Origin: Lama guanicoe
Lineage: Eukaryota
Length of the DNA: 64,000 bases
Direction: 5' to 3'
Assembly (NCBI GenBank): GCA_013239625.1
Contig: MU053645.1
Coordinates: 372,001-436,000, forward strand
The notes under the pieces are model-generated. The model searched no databases. It was not told the origin of the DNA and saw nothing but the letters and a program-made list of their open reading frames with translations. Both the position numbers and the translations under genes were made by a program. Each line of letters starts with the position of its first letter. Position 1 is the first letter of the stretch. Positions 49,241 to 62,865 of the stretch are shown here, piece by piece.

Positions 49241-49974
49241 GAGAAATAGCTCAAGTGTGGTTGAATCACAAGATAGCTCTTCATTGCTCATACTGCCCTT
49301 TCCTGTCAATCATCTAATATGCCAAGTAACCATTTGTAGCCCAAACTATACTGGTGAAAACACCAGGGTCCTTGATTTATCTGAAATTACAGTCTCAAAC
49401 TGAATGGATCATTGAGATTTAGACACAGACTCAGACAGATATAAAATGACTTTCCTGAGGTAAAATAATGATCCAGCTTCAATGCTGAAAAAATAACTCA
49501 TGGCTTTTAATATGTTGATACTGTATTCAATCTTCTAGAGACAGTGTTGCCTTCCCATTTCTACATACCCAGAAAAGAAAGGAGCCTTGACATTCCAGAA
49601 TGATTTTGTGCAGCTTTCCCCCTACTTCTTTCTAAAGAAGAACCTTCTCCCCATCATTTTAAAACATAATTGATATAGCCACTGAAGTGAATTATAAATT
49701 TTAATTGAGAGCAAGGTATTATGAGGCTGAAGGCAGGAAGAAATAATGTATTTCTTCCAGTAAGATTCATAGGGACATGAAAAGTTGATGAGGCAGAGAC
49801 AGGGTTTGGTGGTCCCAGATGGTAAAAACTATAGCATAGTAGGGTTTTCTTCCCAGAAAAGAGTAAAACTCCGTAAGAGAAGAAAGTGGGTACCAAAGCT
49901 AATTAACTGGGGAAAGAAGAAGACTGGCAGAAAATCACTGAGCACCCTGACACGAATTTGGAAATGGTTAAAAA

Positions 49975-49983
49975 TGTGTGTGC

Positions 49984-50022
<39 letters not shown>
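49975..50022 (+). repeat. (TG)n microsatellite
   Basis: long tgtg array read directly. Confidence 0.95.
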
Positions 50023-50025
<3 letters not shown>

Positions 50026-50539
50026 GAGAGAGATGGAGGGGGGAGACACTCAAGGTTTCTACTGTTTCTTACTCTTCCTTGTTTTACAATGCATGGAAAG
50101 CCAGAAAATCTTGTTACGGATGATGCCCACAGTTATTTGTCCACTATAGAGACAAGTAGCATAGCAGCAGGTCTCAAAGATGAGAGAGAACACTGTTTTC
50201 ATGATGAAAGTATAAGCAATGAAGTTGCTTTGATCTATAATTGGCTCTTAGGGACAAGTGGTACAAAGTCCAGTGGAAGATTAATTATTTAGAGTTATGG
50301 GACTTACCAAGCTGTCTCGTCAAGTAGGCTCAATCCCAACAGAAGTTTCTGTTACTGAATTTCATCAAGGGTGAATAAGCAGAACTCCCTTTGTGATTAC
50401 ATAGCATGCCCATAAACCTCACTTATTTCACCTCTTTCATCTCCTTAGAACAGGGATTGGCTGGCTCTGTGTCTGAAGATACTAGTTTTCTCAGTCATAT
50501 TTCTGACTTAAGGGCACAAGGCATAGGTAAGGCAGAAAC

Positions 50540-50730
50540 ATGACACGGAAAGAGTACTGGGGTCAGAACACTGAACTTGTAGCCCCAGCCCTTCCACTAA
50601 GTGGCTGTAATTCTTTTGACAAGTTTATTCTCCAAGATAGCTTCAGTCTCTTTTTCTAAAAAAAAAAAAAAAAATGACCGTCAGCTAAGATAATTTCTAA
50701 AGACCCTTTCAGGTGTGACATTCTATATTT
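50540..50730 (+). mobile_element. MIR/MIR3 SINE
   Basis: ggaaagagtactggggtcagaacactgaacttgtagccccagcccttccactaagtggctgt...ctaaagaccctttcagg...attcta. Confidence 0.65.
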
Positions 50731-52489
50731 CAAGTAGCCAGCCTAGAATAGTGAATGTTAAGATTCTCCACATGTGAAGAATTTCTTTCCTTGGAATATA
50801 AACCCTGGAGTACCAGTCATTGGTTCTCTTGGTAAAGGGAAGAGGATGTGAGTCTTTTTGCCTCAGGTGGGTTTTGGTTTTAGCTCCAAGGTCCCTTGGT
50901 CCTGATGTTTTGTGTCTGAGTCTGCCTGCCTGCTATGCCTGGAGTCCTGGTTCCTGTGTATTCCCTAATTTCTGGTTGTTTACTACAGAGTGAGTTTCCT
51001 GCCTATGAACCCTACCTTGCCTTGAACCCTAGTTCCTCTCTGTCCCACTGGCCCCTGGCTGCTTGTGTTGGCTCTGCTGATCTTGGCTTATGGCCCTGCT
51101 TTCCTTGACCCAGTGCTTTCCATGTCTCAGCTTGACAAAGGGATTTTAAAAAGTTCCCTATGGGAAAAGACAAAGACCTTGGGTATTAACTCACTACACT
51201 AGCAAGTCCAATTCATACTCAGCAAATTGAGATGACTAGAGAGTTGAAGCAAGCTAATACTCTATCTATGTGTGTGTGTATGCAAGTGTATATATAGTTG
51301 CAAAAGAATTCATTTGAATTGACTTAATAATTCAAAATTAAATGCGCATGATTCTCTATATTAAGTGGAAGAATAAATAGACAACTTTTTAATGCCTTAA
51401 TATTAAATGCCTTCATTTTTAAAAACTCTCTTATTGATCTAGGTTTGTAGAGTAGCCAACTTGTGTAATCACATCAATTGAAAAATGATTTAAATCCATA
51501 TAAGATTCATATTTAAAGTTAATTTCATTTGTTTCAGAAGTTATTTACTTGGTTTCAAACTATGTGAAATTCAGTATTAAGCTTTATAATGATAGGTCCA
51601 CTCTAGGAACCAGGAAAGAAAGTAGCAAAACTAAAACACAGGGTAACAAGTACTTTTTTAAAATGAGGTCACTTTTGTCATTTGAGAACATCTGGTTGGA
51701 AACAAATCTTTTTCACTTTCTCCCCTTCTGCATCATCAAAAGTACTTTTGAATCCTTTACTGATAAGATCAGAGCTTCAGGTACTAGGAATAACTGGCTA
51801 GTCAAATCCTGCTATACCAGTTCAGAGGAGAAATGCATCAATACAACCATGGTAATTCTTACTGAGTATCTGAAGATTGATCCAGGTATTATATGGTGAC
51901 TCAAAAAAATACTGATGTGTTTTCTGGGCATAATAGTGTGATTTAAAATGTGGTTGTGGAAAGCTTTAAAAATCTTCAACAAAATAAAAATAAAAATAAA
52001 ACGTGGCTGTAGTTTTAACATAGGTGCCATTCTCTTTGATAAGCCTTGCTGGCAGTTGGCAGGCTGTGACTCCAAAATTTATGTTTAAAATAATCCCACA
52101 AGGATCCTTTAATACTTCAGAAAATGGAAATATCAAGGTTTAATGCCAGTTGAGAAAATGAAACCCAAAGCTATCCACAGATTACTGATCAGATTCATGT
52201 CATACTATTGATTTTGTGAAGTCCCATAAGGTTCTTTTGGACTATTAATTTCCTTTGACAACAAATCCCCCTGGTCTTACCATTCATTATACTCTATTTT
52301 GACATGCCTCTACCTTCTTTTCTTGCCCACTTAAAGCCTCACCCTTCAAGGTCTAGCTCAAATGTAATCTATACCACAAAGCCAGCCCTGACTACCCTAA
52401 GTACACACTGACTTATCTCTTTTCTCTGAACTCTATTTGCATGTGTTCATTGGGAGTTAAACATTTAGTCGTGCTGCACTTAATATAAT

Positions 52490-52700
52490 TATTACAACAA
52501 AAATAAGCTAAGTGCCTAATATGTTGTAAGTTAATCCTCAATGAAACCCAGTGAGTAAGGTATTAATATTCTCACTTTGCAAAAGAGCAAACAGAAGCAG
52601 AAAGAAGTTAAACATCTTGTCCAAAGCCACAAATATTATAAGTGGGAGAGATGTAAAACCAGACAGTTTGACTCCACAGCCAAAGATCCTAACCACTCTT
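52490..52700 (-). mobile_element. MIR SINE, flanked by L2 fragments
   Basis: ttaatcctcaatgaaacccagtgagtaaggtattaatattctcactttgc...gttaaacatcttgtccaaagccaca...tttgactccacagcc. Confidence 0.7.
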
Positions 52701-54469
52701 CCACTCTTCCACTTTTCACAGATGTTTGTCTCATCTTCCCAACTAAATGTTGTAGTCTTTAAAGGTGGAAACCAAACCTTCTATTTCACTTTCATTTATA
52801 CAGAGACTAGCATAGTGCAAGGCATATAGTTGTTCCAATAGAACTTGCTTGAGTCTCAAAAATCTTAGCTCAAATTTCAAATTTTCTTATTTTTAAATGT
52901 TTTTTCTCCTGTGGCATTAAATATATCTTTGTAAGCTATCACAAATCCATTTTGGAATAAAGCAGGGTACAAATAACAACTGAATGCCCTGAAATTCAAG
53001 GTTTTCCTTTCTTTCCCCAATTTTCTTAAAGAGGGAGGGGGCAGCAAAGGAAAGGGAAGAGGAACAGACATGGTCCACCCATGTCATCTTTTCAAAAGGT
53101 CCATCAAGGCAGAATTAACAACCAAATGAGAAGAAGCTTCAATGGTTATGTGCCTGTGCAAACCAGCCAAAGTGCTGTGTCAGGCAATACCAGTAAAAGA
53201 GGGCAACCATCACTTTTTGTTTGAGTTTTGTATTTTATCTTAAACTGTTCTGAAATGGAATCTTTTTCTGCCATGTCCATAAATTCTTGAAGAGAAAAAA
53301 GAGTTAGTTCAATGAATCCAGAAAGGAAGAGTAGAACAATTCCATTCCATTCATTTAATAAGTTCAAAGAAGTTTTGAATTCTTTAGGAAAAAAGGATAC
53401 ATGAACAACAGAAAATAAAGGATTTTGAAGCTGATTATTACAGTTCATATCATAATACCCAAGAAGTCACCTCTTCTTTGGGCCTTTGCTGATGGTTAAA
53501 AGAAACAAAGACCCATCTTTAAAGTCAGAAATCAAGTTCTGAGTCTTATGCCAGGAACAACATGAAATCAAATTCTGCAAGTCAGTGAATTACACTTTGG
53601 GAATCTCGTGCATCTTCCAATGATTTATCCTCATTCCTTGAGCCATATAATCCCCAGTTCTGGGTCCTTACTTAGTTTCTCCTGCAACAACAATGAGCCA
53701 ACCACGGTGCTGGCTTCCCCATCCCATCATGCCTCTCCCCTTCCCTGCTGGTAACTTGCACTATTCCTAGTCACTCAGACTTGAAAGCTTAAACATCCCT
53801 CCCACAGTGTAACTTTCCCCTACAAACTCTTTGTACCTTCCACTGTGAAACAATCGACAAATTTTGTAAAATAATCCCTGATCATTTGCTAATATGGGAT
53901 AAAGCTAAAGAAAGGAGTTCTCCATACTTTTTCACGTAACATGCAATTTATTTTCTTTGAAATGAATGTACATCTTAGCAAAGTTTCTCAAAGGGCAGGC
54001 CAATATAATAATTGGTTAAAACAGCAGAGCTTTCTCAAATTCCTCTCTACTCACCTATTGATTCAAAGTCCTCAAATAAGCTACTCACAAACTTTTCTCT
54101 CTCTCTCCTAAAATTCTTTCCCAAATCCACAAAGAACTCTCCTGTCTCCTCAACTATTCACACTCTTTCTGTCCTCTGGATCTAGCTCTACCTTCCTACC
54201 CTTTCCCTTTCCTGTCATTTCATTATAAAGGTTCTATAAGACTCTGATTTTTTTAGTATTATATAATAAATGTTTATAAAATTTAATAGTTCACAAAATT
54301 CAAAAAAATCAAAATTCCCTATTCTCTCAATTCTGACACACACTGCAACCTCCCCATTACACAGTTAACTGCTTTATAAGTATCTTGTAAGTAGGCTTCT
54401 GGAAACAATGATATCCCTAGATTTTGAATTTCTCTAGTTTTTATTGGTTTCTTTGACAAGTTGGCCACT

Positions 54470-54590
54470 TCATTTCAACAAACATATAATAAGTGCCTAC
54501 TAAGAACAAGGCCTTTTTCCTAGGTGGTGAGAGGATATAAAGGTAAATAATACATGGTTGGTCTCTGCCTTCAAAGATTTCACAGTGTCA
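54470..54590 (-). mobile_element. L2 3' fragment
   Basis: cattt caacaaacatataataagtgcctact...ggtctctgccttcaaagatttcacagt. Confidence 0.6.
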
Positions 54591-57469
54591 CTAAGAATTC
54601 TTTATCAAAGATAGTTTCATGGTATTTCTTAGGGTGGTAGTTTTCCTCCCACCGGTTTCTGTTCCGTATTCTGAACCATTCACAAGCTTGCTGGACTAAG
54701 ATTGTGTTTTATGCTGTCCTATATTTTCCACAGTATGAATGTTGTACAAGCAGTAGGCTAGGAGCGGCCTAGTTGGAAAATAATCTTAAAGCCAATTGTT
54801 TCTGTTATACCCCCCTCTCTACTTGACTGGAGCTAACAGGGACCTCTCAGCATCATACCACCCTGGCCCATTCCCTCTATCCTCTTTTCACTTACTCCTC
54901 GTAGCCAAGGCCTGATTGAAAATGACCTCTTTCCTCTACAGCTCTCAAGTTAAGCAGACACTCAAAGATAATTTTCCTTGACCATCCAAGTCAGAAACTG
55001 AAGGAAATCATCTTTCTCAGTGCATTAGGCAGAAAACTGGCTAATGTGAGTTATACCTTATGCACATGGACTGGCCTTCTGCCATGTCAACATTCATGGC
55101 CATCTGATGGAAGGGACAGCTTATCTATTTGTAAGAAGGAATGTCAGTATTGACTGAGGAAAAGTGTCTAATTTGCCAGCTAGAAGTGGGCTAGGAAGGC
55201 AGCCTATAAACAGAGGAAACAGGGATACATCTTTTGGAAGAAATACTCCAGTTGACAATGTCAAATAGCCTCTGCAACTAGCAGTACGGATGGTGATGAC
55301 AAATATCCAGTACTCTTGTTATCTCTATTCCTTGTATTTATCATCAGAACCACTCAACCAAGACCTAGATCTTCTGCATATGTTGTTCTCAAGAGGACAG
55401 ACATTGAGCTCCCTGAGGACAGAGAACTGTGCCTTTTCCCCCACTAATCCTCTTCAGTAGCTAGCAAAGTATTAGGCACAGAGAAGGTTTGAATTTCTTT
55501 TCTGACTAGAATACCCCTAGTTTAAGGATAGATGAGGTTGCATACAGAAAAGGAAGGTATGCTTGTTTTAATTAAATCCCCTGCTTCATTTACGCTTTTT
55601 CTCTTCCAGGAGACTGTGCTTCGGACACAGTTTCTGGACACAGTTTCATTTTCACTATTATCACTTTTTTAGTATCAGAAACAACTACAACTTCTAGGTC
55701 TTCCTTTAGTAGTCTATTCCCAATTGAACTTCTTTTTATTTCACTATCCCTATTATTTACCCTAAACCTTTCATTTCTTATTTGCAAATGACTAGTCTTA
55801 GCAATCCTAAGTTCTGTGAATAACTTCCTTCCTACGTTTATATTGTTACCTTGAGTATACATTCAAGAACAGCATCTTGTACTTAGCATCTTCCTTCTCT
55901 TCATGAGTTTTTTCTTAGAACATTCTTGCTTTCTCTTTTTCTATTTTATATTTCAGATTTTCTTCAGTTTATCCTTACTCTTCTTATATGTGTTACAAGA
56001 TCTATATGCATCATTCCAGGTGTCTTTTCAAGGTCAAAATTACCTGAACATAATTACCCATGGTAATCTACAAAGAGGCAACAGGGAAAGCAGAGTTTAT
56101 TGAAGTCCATAAATGGTATGAAACTAGGTTTTGTATATTAGTTTGAGCTTCTCTTCATAGTTTTTCCCCCCCCAAAGAGAGCTAAAGGAGCCAAATTGAC
56201 TTGGCTGTTAATTCCATCCCCTGCCTGTTCACTAAATAAGGAAAGAAAAGCAGTGCAGTAACTTAGCAGGTAAAAGAAAGGAAAAGTAGGCATTCAAATG
56301 GTGTAACTAATTCCAGAATAGTTGCCAGATGCCTGTCTTTTCTCTTTGGCTGAAACATACATATACAAACATATACACACACCTATTCACACACATATAT
56401 CTACTTATGAGGATATTGTTATTTACTATGATCTCTCTCTCTCTCTCTGACATGGCATTTTGTCCCTGAACTAATTACATCTGTCTCCACCACATTCCCC
56501 TCATACCGTGTATGTGTGCACATAATTGTCTATGTGCCTCAAAAATTATCTCAGGTAGGAACTATTAGCCAAAGTAACACATCTGCTGTGCACACAGCTC
56601 TGCTGATAGCTTGAAGAGAGGGCAAGAAAGAAAATAGAAAATAGCCCAAACGGAAAAGTGTTCATACAAAATTTGCACTTAGTTGTAAAACCTGAACATT
56701 AAAATCACTAATTTAGAACAAAGATGGTTAAAGTAAGAAACAAAATAGATAAGATTTTAAGAAGGATGTTTAATACATCAAAATCTTTGAAAAAGAGAAT
56801 GATTTCAAGGTATTTAAAACAACCATTTACATATAAACAATTTGCTAGTTGCCAACCATTCGCATCTACTCGTTAAGGCTCCACTGGCAAATGAGCTCAG
56901 CCTATGCGTGGAACAATTACAATTAAGTTATATATTACTCAGGCAACTTAACTGAGTTGACAGATGTTCGTTCGCCATATATTTTTTTCTTAAAAATATA
57001 TTCTTTTAGCAACTCAATGAAAAAGGTGTATGTATTTTTTAAAGTTGATTTGATTATTTTTTTAAAGCTGGAGTTCAGCCATATTCTACACTATTAAGCA
57101 GTTTGAAAATCAGCCCTTTGACATGCATGAGACTTGCCTATACAGTTTGCTTGGAATATACTATATTCTGCTCTGTATTACAGTTGTGTATATTGCTGAC
57201 TCCCCTTACCGTACTGCAAGCTTCTTGGCAGGCCCCATAACTAATTCATCTCTTTAACTCCTCTGAAGCCCAGCACAGTATCTTACTGAACTTACTATGT
57301 TTTCAGCCGATGCAAAATTAAATTGAATTAGATTCTAAAATATCTCACCTAGGCAATCCTTCAACCGCTATGTTCTAGGTACTTTATGTAACACACCTGC
57401 ATGTCTTTGAGGTGCATTTCCTAATTCAGATTTTTCACTATTTCTGACTTGCTTTTTTGCCCAACTTAA

Positions 57470-57650
57470 TCTGAAAAGCTTGAAGGGAACTTTGAGATCA
57501 TGAAGTCTCACTCTCTCCCTCTGTAGATGAGAAATGGAGGGCACAAAGGTAAACAACTTGTCCAAGAGCACGTACTCACTGTTGGCAGAGCTTGCAGTAT
57601 AATCCAAGTGTCCTGCCTGGACGCTGAATGCTCTTTCCAATACAGCAGCT
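57470..57650 (-). mobile_element. MIR/MIR3 SINE
   Basis: agcttgaagggaactttgagatcat...tgtagatgagaaatggagggcacaaaggtaaacaacttgtccaag. Confidence 0.7.
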
Positions 57651-57833
57651 ACCTCTGGTCCTTAGACTGAGACCATTGCCATATCCTCCCACCAGACCTT
57701 TCTGCCTTCAGTCTCTTCTCCACTTCCATTTTGTCGTGTAGACTTCTGCCATGTTTTTCTTCCCTAAGCATAGATTCAGTCATGACACTTCTCTGTTTCA
57801 AAATCTGAGATGGCTTTTATAGTGTACCAAGTT

Positions 57834-58055
57834 AAGTGGTTCTCAATAGGGGGGAATTTTGCCCTAGAAGGGGACATTTGGCAGGATCTGGAGACAAATT
57901 TGGTTGTCACAGATGGAGGAGGGAAGTGTTATTGACGTCTAGTGGGTAGAGGACAGGGGTGCTATTAAACACCCTGCAATGCACAGGGCAGCCTCCCACG
58001 ACAAAACATTATGTGGGCCCCAACTGTCCATAAGTGCTGAGGTTGAGAAACTCTG
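57834..58055 (+). mobile_element. MER20 hAT-Charlie DNA transposon, near full length, inserted in L2-like sequence
   Basis: agtggttctcaa...ggggacatttggc...tctggagaca...ttggttgtcaca...tctagtgggtagagg...caatgcacagg...agtgctgaggttgagaaactctg. Confidence 0.9.
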
Positions 58056-58399
58056 TTCTAGATTTAGAGGACTTTCATGTCCTGATCGCAGCTTTCTTTT
58101 CTAACCTTATTTTCTACCACCTTCTGACACTTAGAAAAATTTAGACTCCTTCTTATTTCTTGTGTATGTTCCATACTTTTTCATTGCCTTGATTTTGCTT
58201 AACCTGAAATGTTATTTTCCTCGTCTTTCCACATTCTTTCTATTTTTTAAAGACTAAATGATATGTGACTTCCTCTGTAAAAATCTTCCCTGATCCTTAT
58301 GACTACATCATTTTTGTCTCTTCTGAAGTCTCATAGAAATTTGTATGTAGGGTATTTAAAGATATATGCATTATTTTGGAAAAGTCTGACGTTTAGACT

Positions 58400-58640
58400 A
58401 TGAAGCAGTTGTGAGAAAAAGTACACTAAGTTTGGAGTCCAAAGACTTATGACTCCACCATTTTTAAAGCGTGTTTGATCTTGGGCAGGTCATTTAACCT
58501 CACAGGGTCTCAAATTTTTCATCACTAAAATGGGACAAATAATGCCTAATTCCTGAAGATGGTGAGACAGGAAGTAAAACTATATAAATGAAAGTGCTTT
58601 TTAGGTTTTAAAGCACTATTCCAATGTGAGGGATTGTTAC
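58400..58640 (+). mobile_element. MIR SINE
   Basis: tttggagtcc...gatcttgggcaggtcatttaacctc...tcatcactaaaatggga. Confidence 0.7.
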
Positions 58641-59511
58641 TTTTATTGCAAGGGGAGTTAGCCCTTGACAGGCAGGTGAAGTGTCCATTTAACCTTGTGT
58701 AGGGAGTAAGAAATGCCATTAACCATACGACAAGTTCTCTGGCTGACCTTGTGTAAAGGCAGGGAATATGCTTAAGTCTAATTTTCCCCATGAAGAGTAC
58801 AGTGTGTTCTTTATGACTTGTGTCTACTCAGTGTGGTGGTAAGGAAAACACTTCCTTTCTCTGAAGAAGAAAGAGAACAGGTGAGTTCACCAGCCAATTA
58901 TTCACAAGACTGCCAGGGGCAACAAGAGACCTGCAAAACAATTTTTCTGCAGTCAAATACATCCAGCTCATAAAGAATGTCATAATTTACTTCTAGTTCC
59001 TTGCAAGGGCATTTCTGGAAGTGTTGTCCTTGCCATTTCATAATCCCCAGAATGCAAGTGTCCTTTGAGAGCCATACTTTGGGAATAAAATATATGACAA
59101 CCAGTAAGAAGAAACTTGACAGAGTTTTTATTCTTGGATGATAATCTGTCATATTTCTGGAGGCCTGGCTAGCTAAATTTTGTATAACACCAATATCTAT
59201 GAAAATTAGGGCTGGATAAGAGGCCCTGGATCTTCAGATGATAACTATACAGATGTTTCACACTAGAGGTCACTCTTGCAATCTAAGAACAAAATTCTGA
59301 AAATAAGAAAACACAATGAAACAAAACAAAAAGCAAACACCTATCAACAACAACACCACAACATGGACATGACATCAGTGCAAAAATTGATGGTACAGGT
59401 TTTCATCTGAAATCTGAGGATGACTGTAAAATGATCAGATGAATTGGGAAAAGGATGGGCAGTCATTATTGAGTGCAGGAGAGAGCTAAAAAAATAACAG
59501 TTGCTCTACCT

Positions 59512-59533
59512 GGCAGGCAGGCAGGCAGGCAGG
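59512..59533 (+). repeat. (GGCA)n tetranucleotide repeat
   Basis: ggcaggcaggcaggcaggcagg. Confidence 0.9.
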
Positions 59534-61850
59534 TAAACAGCCTGTTCTTCCATGACTTGGGACATCAACCCACAGCTGCAGTAAAGTGATCAGCTTGATA
59601 TAGATCTAACTAGACTGGAATGACATACACATTTTAAACTGAGTTGTTGGTAGGAGGAATTGCAGGAATTCAATGCAGCGATAGAGCAAAGAATAAATAC
59701 TCTCATGTTCCTGGATGTCTAAAGAACAGTAGTTTTTATTGTGAAAGTTCATTTCTTAGGTGGCAAATGTCTAAGTGAGTAGATTAGAATCATCCTGTGA
59801 GTGGTCTCAAGGGCTAGGCACATCTTTGTGCATAACAGGCCACCAGGTATTTTATGAGGTAAAGGTTCAAACTTTTCTCTTGCTTCTCCATACCCTCATC
59901 CCTGCTGCAAACTTAACTGGCCTACACAGTGCCTGAAATTCCAACTGTCATTCCTTCCTCAGGTGAATGCATTTTACTTTCAGTTGTCCCTTATTAAAAC
60001 CTAAAAACTGCTGGAAGAAGAAGAGAGCTCACAGATAAAGTTATTCCCATCATTCAAAACTCAGTTCATTTTTAAGGTAGATTCTTATTTGAGCACCTGA
60101 CAATAAAGTCCAAAGGGGGACAGGACATGTGAGGCAGGAGGAAATACTAATGTGGTTCAAAGGAGGGGGAAGACAGGTATGGGTGGTAAACATGAGGCAC
60201 CACTGGGGAGCATTTGAGAAGGGAAGGAAATATTGAAAAGCAATGGGATAATAAAGATTTCACATTTTATCAAGCTAGTAGTATAAGAGAATTTTAAAAA
60301 CCTGACCTTTCATCTGCAAATCAAATCAATACAATTATGAAGAGACCTTTTTATTTTTCTCTCTGAAAGTAAGGGATAAATAATGAATAATATTATTAAA
60401 TAGACTCTAATATATATATATACTAGACCAGTAGCAAATCAAAGAAATACTGCAGTAGTTAGTTTGATCTGTCTGACATATCCTTTCTTAATGGCATGTT
60501 TAAAACAAAAAACCATAGAAATGGGCTTTGGTTTCAAAACCTAGAATGTTTTGTTACCAACGCACATTAGCAAAATGTCACCAATAAAGCCCCACTGAGA
60601 CTTAAGCACTTTTCAAGAACTTCAACCTCAAGTGCCTGGGAAAATGACAGGCAGCTCCGCTGGAATAAGGGAAATCAAATTATAGGACTTGAGTCCAGAA
60701 AAGTAGGTGAGTCATTTAGGGAAACTCTTTTTACAATGTACACCTTTGAAGAAAATCAGATGATGTATAAGGTTCTGTCTAAACACGGGGAATAAAGTGG
60801 TTACATGACTCAATTATCTCAATAATTCAGGCCCAAAATAGCCCACTCTTGCCTCAGTTTCAGTTTTGCTTCCTGCCAAATCTGTCCAGGAAATTGACTT
60901 CAGAACTCACTTTTCTCTGAATGCACTGATGGAGCCAGAGGCAGTGCAGAAAAAGTGACTCTTACTGAACAATTTAGCTCAATCCAATTTATATTGCTCC
61001 TTTTTCTGTACTTCATAACCTTGAATTTACCTTTTCTTATTCGCACCAACCACTTCCACAGTGAATGAAAAGTTGGAGAAATTGCCAGGGAGAAAAATTC
61101 TGTAGGCAAACAAAAACAAAAAAAAAATAAAAACTAGAAAAAAATATAATATGATACTACTGAGAGAAGTTCAGTGGCTGCTTGAAGACATTTTAAGGAG
61201 TAACTTTTTATTCCCTTTTACCTAGAAAGTAAAAACTGATGGCTAATCATCTGTTCTCTGCAACATAAGAGCTGCCTGAACTTGCAAACTCAAAAAAACT
61301 AAGCAGTGACCTAGAGAAAAGGACAAAAAGGCCCAACAAGTTTATGTTCAGGGTGTGTTTCATCCAAAAGAGATAAAATAAAGCCATCTTAAAAATAAGC
61401 TTCACTAAGCAAAGCATCTCACTTCATTCTGGGACCCTTGAGAAGGTCACAGGGAAGGCAGAGATTTGTCCAAGACTTGAAGAGGATCGATTCCAAACCC
61501 CATCCCACAGAGCAATGTGGAAGATGAAACAAGAACCATGGTAGGTGAAGTTGATCAAAGAGAAATAAGCTGGAGGGAGAACATCTGGGTTCAAGGCCAA
61601 TTTCCTTATGTTTAATTCTATGACACAGGATAAATATCTATTAACTTATTTTAAGTTCACTATATGCATGATCTATGAGGGCAGAAATCTTCACCTGTGA
61701 TGTTCATTGCTGTATTTCCAGAGCCTGGAAGAATAATCGACACATAGTTAAGTCACCAATAAGTATTTCCTGAAAGACTAAATCAGTGAGGTGCATCTCT
61801 CTAATCTGTAAAATGTATATATCTAGGAATATTGTGAAGGAATGCATGTA

Positions 61851-62865
61851 CAGGAATCATTCCAGGTTTTGTGAGCCTGAGGTTTATACACTTTGAGGGG
61901 GTGCCTATAAGAAAAGAATACAAAATTGTAAGTACAGAATTAGGTATCAAAGTGAATATATTTTTAGAATGAGAAATAACTTTTTATTGCACATTTTTAA
62001 AAGCTGATATATGCCACAAACGTCATAGAATCCAGGGGGAAAATAACTATAAAGTTTCCATGAATTAATTGTCTGACACATTTCTATAATGCCTTTACTA
62101 CTTACTTTTTTTTACTGCGTATACTTTGTTTTCCTTTTCATATGACAACAATTATATAATATTTTCTTTAGCCAGAACAGAAAGATAATTCAATCTTTCC
62201 TCTAGCATAGTTGATTGAAATTTGCTTTTTATTATTGACAAGTTTAGAAGTCTCCTTCAGTTTCAGAACTTATTAATGTCACGTAAAGTTTGAGACTTGC
62301 TATCAAATTTGGGGGAAGCATCTACCAATTTTTAAAATCAATTTTCTATAAATGTTCTTATAGAATAATTTTCTACAGACTGGTACTAGCTCTATATATT
62401 TCTCTTACATTATATATATATATTAGTTCTCTTACATTCACTAATACTTCTGCTGCCAAACCCTTTAGGACATGCTATTATTGTAACAGGACTTCTGGTT
62501 CTGTAGCTTCAGGTCGCTGGGTGAGTCAGCACAGAAGATGGTAGGATGATTTCTTAGAAGCCATTCCATACTAGGTTAGCTATCATAACAAAACTAAGAC
62601 ATGCAGACGTGACTGTGAATCCCATGCCTCACCAAACTGAAATGAAATGTTTTGCTAGCTCAATTGAGTCTTTTCAGCTAGATCCCTGAAATGTGTATGG
62701 TTACTCCAATGCCATCGGATAGGAGGGAAAGCATCTTAACTGAATTCAGTTAAAACATCTACAAATTTTACAATAACATATGATCAAAGACAAAAGCATT
62801 GCTAAGGCTATTCTTAGGGATTGGGAGGGGGTCTCTAAGGTTTATGCTTCATTAACTTCACAAAA
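61851..62865. mobile_element. About 1 kb hAT-type DNA transposon remnant, MER53-related ends
   Basis: left end ccaggttttgtgagcctgaggtttataca...aagaaaagaatacaaaatt; right end aggggg...aaggtttatgcttcattaacttcac; family recalled from memory, not searched. Confidence 0.5.

Noticed and set aside
49785..50292. Overlapping ORFs with CVCVCV or THTHTH runs
   Set aside because: The frames are open because they cross a (TG)n microsatellite.
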